A stretch of DNA of 64,000 nt from the human T2T-CHM13v2.0 reference genome, Homo sapiens: the NCBI RefSeq assembly GCF_009914755.1, contig NC_060947.1; one strand, 5' to 3'. Position 1 is the stretch's first letter, and each line of letters opens with the position of its first letter. The translations under genes were made by a program, and so were the position numbers. Of this stretch, positions 55,911-64,000 are shown one piece after another. The notes beneath the pieces were generated by a model. That model did not search any database. It was not told the DNA's origin and saw only the letters and a list, made by a program, of their open reading frames with translations.

Positions 55911-58900
55911 TTGCTTCAGAATCTAAATACAACATGGGCCTTGAATCAGAACTTCATCTAGATAATACAAAATGAAATGAACAACAAGCCAAACATTATT
56001 TTCTGTGCTAGAAATCCTTCAATTTTTCATGGGCATTTGTCCTAGAATTCTCAAGATCTATCTTGTACAGATAATAACATTCTCCTGATTTTTTTTTTTT
56101 TTTTTGTCGGATAAAGGGACTTGGACACTTTTAGCAGAGCCAGTATGATAAGGTTAATCAGAGCTTGGATATAGACCAGCGTATAGAACATTGGATGAGC
56201 ACTATCAAGCCAAATGAGCAATGAGTAATCAAGACCAACTTGCCAGTAAACAACCAGGCAACAGGAAACAGGGTTAGAAATATAGGCGGTTAGACTTCTA
56301 TTGCTAAGGCAAAATCAAATTACTTTTCGGAGGATAGGAATCAGACTGCAAGAGCAACAAGAGAAACATAAGAAAATAAAGAGCCAAACTGCCATATGGA
56401 GCGGGAAAAAAGCCAAGATGAGAAACACAGGCCTCACGGTGATACCTGCCTCCCCCTTGCCCCGATGCTGGGCTGCAGTTGAAGCTCATGAATGCCCGGT
56501 TTGCATGCTTCACCATAGGTCTTAATAAATATCTTGCTTCTCAAGGTAAACAAAGAGGCTTTTTTTTAAAAATTAATGATTGGTAGAAAGAACATTCACA
56601 TGCTTTAATAAGCATTAATTAGGAAAGACATAAAATTTGTGCTTGAGTTTATTAAACTCACTAAGGAAAATTAAAATAACATGTTTTCAAGGTTTTTATA
56701 ATATCTTGAAAATGACATATTTTCAAGATTTTAATAATAATATGTTGTATAGGGTTCATTTGTACTGCAAGAAGTAAAGTGTTGCCATCTCAAAATTTAT
56801 AGAAATCCTTTCAACTTTTATTCCATTTTTCTTAATTACTAGATGTTTACAACAGTATTTTTCACTCCTTTACTTTTCATTTGGAATTTTTCCAGATAAT
56901 CCTCTTGAGAAGCAAAGCTTGATACAGTTACATGTAAAAGGCAATTATATTCTATAGAGAGTAGAGATGAGTGAGCAAAGAGGTAATACACAATAATCCA
57001 GGTACCATTATTTATTATTGTCGATTTGGATCCTTTCTGACAATGATGACATATTCTGACTTAATCCACATTCACTAAGCAGCAAAGCAGAAGAAATCAC
57101 AATTGAACTCTGGTCCAAGATTTCATTAAATAATAGACCAGAGAAAAGCAGAGGTTTACTTAGAAGTATTTTTTTCAATCACTATTCATAGCACATCATC
57201 CCAAGTTAACAAGTGGATCTGATGTGAAATCTCTATTTTTCAGGACAAAAGAAAACTATCAGATATTAGACATTGCACAAAATAATGTGAAAATTGGTCT
57301 AATAATGAAACGTTAATTAAGTTGCATATATGCTCATTTACATAAATAATGTGCAGTATTGCAAAAAAGATCATATCATCCTATGAACACACTCGCTATA
57401 TACAAAAAGCTCTGTGATGTAGCTTTTAAATATAATTCTTGGACAAGGCTCTAAAGCACTACATTTTTTGTCAAGTGCTTTGTTTGAATCATATCTTCCC
57501 TATCTAGATTAGCTTTTCAGTCCGTTTAAGCCTCAGGGTTCACATCTATAAAACGGAAATTGAAATAAATTTCTTGCTTTCCATCTTTGTTCAAGTAAAA
57601 GAATGCACGGAAAAGATATTTGTAAGTGGCATGGTGCTGTAAAAATGTATTATTACCTTCAGTAATTATTTTATTCATTCATTTTTATGACTCCCATGTT
57701 CCATATAAATTTTAAAAAATTGTATGAATGAAAACAAAAATGTAATAACCATAACTTTTCCATCAATGTTTTGCATGCTCAAATTTGTGATTATAATATA
57801 ACAAACACATAACAACTTATGCATCTAAGTCAAAGTTGGCCCCTCGAATTAGTTACCATTGAGTTTATATTTAAATTGACATTTATTGGCACCTACTAAT
57901 TATAAGACATTTGCTAGGTATTTTACAAATGTTATTTCAACTAATCCTTACACAGTTATACATGGGTATCATTAACCGCATTTTTCATGGAAGAAATTGG
58001 AAGATATAAGGGGCATCAGTCAAGGTCATAGCAGAGTTTTCTGTTATAGCTGTCATCAGTTCTTAAATTGGAGAGAATTATTTGCATGGGCAAAACCTAA
58101 GGAAGGGGTAGGAAGGTCTACTCTGTGATGTGTGTGCCAAGACCCAAGAAAGTAAAGAGTATTCTGGATTTGGGAGATAAAAAAGAAAATGGACTGCAAA
58201 AATAAGAGGCTACATTTTGAGTCAAATTTAGAAAACAAATTAGATAATAAAGATTCAGTGAGATACCAAAATTAATGGCCTTAAAAGGCAGAAGAATTTG
58301 AGCTTAGTTCAGTGGACATAGTAAATGATGGAGTAAGGTAATAACTTGATGAGACCAGTAATTTAGGAAGATAGGCCTGAGAGTGATTTCCAGAAATTTG
58401 CACAAATTTGAAAATCTAGACACAGGAACTGAGAATTAATATAATGCCTCAAATTTGCACACAAAATTTGTTTCTTTAAAAAACATCTTAATGTGCAATG
58501 TTTCAGACAGAGATACTGATTCTACTATATTTGAGAAGCATATCATTACTCTATGTGAACATTGGTATGTTTGATAAATTTAACCTGTCAGATGCCAACC
58601 AGATTTGGGGCTATATTTTTTCATGATCAATTTTGTATTTGCCATTTTGGAACTAACTTTACATTACATTTACCAAATAAATTGGGACAAGGGAAAATAC
58701 GTGTTAAATAAGTGAAGGAAATATGTATGACCTTGTTTGCTTCTTTGTGTCTGTGGTGTGTGCGTATGTGTAGAGGTCATTTCTAATCCAAGGTTTACCA
58801 TTTCTTTCTTAAAATATAAGAAGTTCAATTGGGGCACCAGTGTAATGGTAAACTAAGCATTAACATTTATAATTTAGCATATGGTGTTTTGCAATTTGAA

Positions 58901-59848
58901 AATATCAATAAAATGCTAATTTAAAGACGGCCTCCTGTTTGGACTGATTTTTATTTTGGACAGTCCTACTTTTGCCTTTCATGTTTACATCACCAACTCA
59001 TATTTCAAATGTGTGATAGTTACTGTTAGTAATTTGCATTATATTGAATGACATGTTTATCTGCATATTATTTATAAAAAAGTGGAATATCAAACTGAAA
59101 ATATCCATTTTAAAGGAGATATTTTGACTGAAATTCTCATGGTGAAGAACTGGGTCACCTGCCTCCTCATCCAATGTTCTATAGAAAGTATTGAATATAT
59201 GCATACAGGCATGCTTACATCAGATTGCTAGACAAGAATGGATCTTATACCTTGAAACCCAGAAGCAGATGGCTCTGAGTGGGTTAAGAGGAAAGGCATT
59301 TTAATTGAAATCAAAATGACTATCTATCTAAGTAGGAAGAAAATGCTGAAGAAAATATATCAATGATCATTATTTACTTCTGTATGTAGGGGGGCATGTG
59401 ATGCTGGGTAAAGGGTGAAGGAAAGGGAAGAGATAAGCAAAAACATTTTAAAAAGTGTTCTTGACACAGACAGCATGTATATGATCTCAGGTATGTTAAT
59501 TTGTTGATGTTTTGTGTGTTGCGTGTGTGTGTGTGTTGGTACGTATGCATGTGCATGTGAGCAGGAGTGAAGAGATATATAAGATGCTGGTCCCTCAAAT
59601 GTTAATATCTGGTTATCTTGCAGTGGAGGGATTCTAGCTGTTTTAATCTTTTTATAATCTATATATTATAACTTTTTACAATGAGCATGCATTAATACAA
59701 TAATGACAAGATAAATATCTGTATGGAAAGATGACAAGGAAGTAGATAAGAGCAGAGTAATGGGAAAATTTGAGCATAAATACATGCGTGTGCACACACA
59801 TGTACACGTGCACACACACCCACACACACACCCCAAAACTAGAGAACT

Positions 59849-60153
<305 letters not shown>

Positions 60154-60471
60154 GCACACACGCAAAAACTAGGGAAATTTGGAATAGAAAACAATAACCA
60201 ACAGGTATGAATCATGAAGAAACTATCAGAGTAATTAATTAACAACATATGGAAAAACTGGGTCAATCTGGCCTGGTATTTTTATTTGTTTGTTCTGATT
60301 GATAGTGGCATTTGCATTCAGGAAATAGTTCTAAAAGATGAAAAATTGGTATCTTATTGAAAATGGTTTTGAGCGTAAGTTCTGACACTAGGGAGAAACA
60401 GAGAGCAGCCTTCTCTAATGCCAGTCCTTTCAAGTAGGGGGTTGAGGGAAGAGAAAAATTAAATCTAATTC

Positions 60472-60560
60472 TAGGCTTATCAACTATCTCAGTTTGCCCA
60501 GAATGTTCAGTGATAAAATTGGGAAAGTACCAGGCAAATCAAGATGAGTTGATCATCTTA
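60472..60560. mobile_element. MER81-like hAT-Blackjack MITE
   Basis: taggcttatcaactatctcagtttgccc...gggaaagtaccaggcaaatcaagatgagttgatcatctta. Confidence 0.65.
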
Positions 60561-60599
60561 GCTGATTCTTTTTTGTTTGGTTGGTTTTTATTTTCTGCT

Positions 60600-60800
60600 T
60601 TTTAATGAACTCTATTTTTTAGAGCAGTTTTAGGTTCAAGCAAAATTGAGCAGAAGACAAAGGAGAGTTCCCATATACCTCCTCCCCCTAGAGATGCACA
60701 GCCTCCCCATTTATCAACATTCCCCACCAGACTAGTACATTGGTTACGACTGATGAACCTGCATTGACACATTGTAGTCACCCAAAGTTCATCGTTTACA
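60600..60800 (-). mobile_element. L1MC/MD 3'-end fragment
   Basis: ttttagagcagttttaggttc...gttcccatatacc...gatgaacctgcattgacacat. Confidence 0.8.
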
Positions 60801-62118
60801 AGTCTGCAGCTTAAAAGTTTAGTTTTCTGAAGACAGGATAATATCTTAGGAAGCTTTCAAAGTAAGCAGTTGGACAGGAGAAATATGAAAGTTTCTAGGT
60901 AATCATGATCATCAGAAGAAATGGAAAGCTCTTACATTTGAGGGAATAATATACCCAAACACTCATGGCCCATCACTAGTTCTGCCTCTCTCCCACAATT
61001 ATCAAAGACAGACCTTGATATTCTAGATTATTTTAATATGAGAGCTTGTGGGGTAGGGGGAGAGATGAGAATTTTTTTTTTTTGTAATTTGTGAAAGGGA
61101 GTTTTTGGTAGAGATTCACTACAGACATTGATATAATAAGTTTAAATATGAAGATTAAAAAAATAAAAGCAACCAATATACCAGACATAAGATGTAAACT
61201 TTAAGAACAGACCAGTGAGATATTAATTGAATATAGAAACAAAATGAATTTAACCAAAAAATAGGACAGAAGAGAGAAAAAAACAAAACAAGAAAGCATG
61301 TTTTTAATAGAAACATATGAGACATATCTAGATCAAAATGATAAAAAAATGTTTGAAGGAAACATGTGAAGGAAAAACAGAAAAATAACTAGACACATGC
61401 TAACAAGAAGAATACAGGCTCAGCAATATTATAAACAGATAAAGTGAAATTAAAGGTGAAAAGCATTAAATGGAACAAAGAGGAATGTTTGATATTCTAA
61501 AATTCTACAGTTCATTAAAAATATTACTCTAATGAAACTTTATTCATCCAGCAACAGAAACTAAAATATTTATAACAAAATTTGTTACAAATACAATGAA
61601 AAATATGTAACTATATAATCATAATGGGATATTTTAAGTGTCACACTAGAAATTAATAAATCGCATGGGCAAAAACTGAAGAATTACAAAACTTTTCCCA
61701 TAATACATTTGACCCTATTTGTGGTCAAATTTTTTTGGCCACATTCGTGGCCAAAATTGTGGATAAATTTTTTCAAATTTATCTGCTTGCTAAAATTAAT
61801 TTGTAACCCCAAGATTGACACTTGCAATGCTTTTGCAGTTATTCACAGACATGGAAAGACCTGTGAAAAATTTGGATTGCCCGATGTGCACATTTTCAGC
61901 TGAGGTCAAAACAAATCCTTGTTTTCAGTTTCATACTGTAAATAAGTGGCCTTTGTAACTTACACGTAGTGCAAAAAATGCTTTTTTTTTTTTTTCTATT
62001 CTTGTGTCTTTTGTTGGTTATTTCATTTTTAAAATGCTCTCCCAAACATAGTGCTAAAGTGCTGTCTAGTATTTCTAGGCACAAAAAAGCAGTGATGTGC
62101 CTTATTAAGAAAATGCCT

Positions 62119-62487
<369 letters not shown>

Positions 62488-62620
62488 CTATTAGTTTAAT
62501 ATTAATAAATCAACACTATATATTAAATTAGGTATCTTTAAACAGAAACCCACATAAAGCAAAGTTATCTTATGTTTGATCAGCCGATGAAATTATTGTG
62601 ACCAAAGGCCTTAAAGGTAC

Positions 62621-62983
62621 TGTTAAAAGAAAATTTTTAGAGGAGTTAAATTTAGCAGAAGAATCTAGAGAGGTTCAGAGAATTCCACCCAGCAATGTGA
62701 GCAGGCAGTTTTTATAGAGAGGAAGAGGAAGTGAGGTACATAAACAACTTGATTGGTTACAGCTTGGTGTTTGTCTTATTTGGGCATGGTGCGATAAGGC
62801 ATTTGCATTATATCAACATGATCTGATCAGTTGGTAGTGTGATTGTCTGAGACTCAGCCATGTGTCATAAGAATGTACTCTTAAATCGCAGTTTGTTGAC
62901 ACGCTAAGTTAGGTTGCAGTTTGCTACTTAGAAACTCAAAGTACAGAGGCAGCCTCAGGCCAAATGCACTTTAATTTTAAACA
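62621..62983 (-). mobile_element. MER57-family (ERV1) solo LTR
   Basis: tgttaaaagaaaa...gaagtgaggtaca...gattggttacagcttgg...gaggcagcctcaggcc...aaca; TSD gtac/gtat. Confidence 0.75.
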
Positions 62984-63619
62984 GTATGTAACTTTTGTAT
63001 TTCCCCTAGGAGCAATGGTTCACTACCATTAATTCAGTGTTTGCAATGACATTTAGAATATAACTACCATGACTAGAAGAATGGACTGTATATGCGTATG
63101 TGGAAATTTGTACCGTATAATGAAACACTACATACTATTTTCAGAGACCAACGGAATACCACCAAAAAATTTCAGATAGTAAGTCATGAAACAAATTCAA
63201 TGTATTTAAACAGTCAGAAGTCATGTGTTCAATCTCTTGCTAAAATGCAACAAAATTAGAAGTTGCTAATTAAGGGGCAATTCTTCAAATTATACACTGC
63301 TTTTTTTTTTTTCAATTTTCTGATGACATTAACCACCCACTAGAGCAACTAAAATTATAATGACTGACAGCACAAAATGTCAAGGATTTGGATTAACTGA
63401 AACTCTCACATATTTCTGAAAGGAGTATAAAATGGTACAATCACACTGGAAAATGTTTTAGCAAATTCTTGTAATTTCTAAAATAATCATCATAATTAAC
63501 TGGGAAATGGAGAGGAGTGAAGGTAGGTAGTATATTGTTTGCTTTATTTTGGATGTGTTTAAAATTTGTTGTAAAAAATGTAAAAAGTACTCTTCTCAGT
63601 ATTGTTTTGCTTAAAGAAA

Positions 63620-64000
63620 ACATCAAAACTGAAAGTACAGACTATTTGGCAATGAACAACTGTCTCATCAAAACCTAGAAGTCATTCTGTTCTCCACTCC
63701 ATGTCTCATTCCCCATATCCAACTGGCCAACAAGCTTTGTCAATTCAGTTTTCTGAATAATTCTCAAGTTGATCCTCTCTTTTTTATTCAAACTATTACT
63801 TACCTCATCTTAGACTTCTTCTTTGCTCATCTGTGTTATGACAATAACTTTCTAATCTAATTCTTTGTCTTCAGTTTGGCTTTCTAGTCCAGAGTGATCT
63901 TTCTAATATACGGATCTGACCATGTTACTTTACAGTTTACATACATTCAAATGCTGCTTTTTTTCTACAAAGTAAACACCAAGCTCCTTATCCTTTATAA
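63620..64000 (+). mobile_element. L2 fragment
   Basis: aaaacctagaagtcattc...ccagagtgatctttctaa...tctgaccatgttact. Confidence 0.7.

Noticed and set aside
56301-56525. Overlapping 74/70-aa ORFs and an RFX-like motif in unique DNA
   Set aside because: Short, no recognisable homology, and the motif is degenerate.

Overview
Primate (human-like) genomic DNA, AT-rich and mostly made of interspersed repeats (LINE-1, Alu, MIR, L2, CR1/L3, MaLR/ERV LTRs, hAT and Tc1/mariner MITEs). I cannot support any intact host protein-coding gene. The only long intact ORF with a recognisable protein is ORF1 of a full-length L1PA2-like element (30823-36847), whose ORF2 is broken by one in-frame stop. The standout is a ~2.2-kb non-repeat segment (~3750-5951, +) inserted into ORF2 of an ancient L1M. 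Translated across its stops and frameshifts, it is collinear with the vertebrate Balbiani-body/germ-plasm organiser Velo1 (Xenopus Xvelo, zebrafish Bucky ball), including the N-terminal BUVE prion-like domain. It looks like an intronless, polyadenylated retrocopy of a gene not known to be functional in humans. The comparison uses protein sequences recalled from memory and needs a tBLASTn check. Smaller oddities include a perfect 31-bp hairpin inside an old L1, a 99-bp HERV-K LTR5 tip between direct repeats, a CR1 split by 6 kb of L1, and two L1PA7-like stubs truncated at almost the same point. Repeat subfamily names are from recognition, not from a RepeatMasker run.
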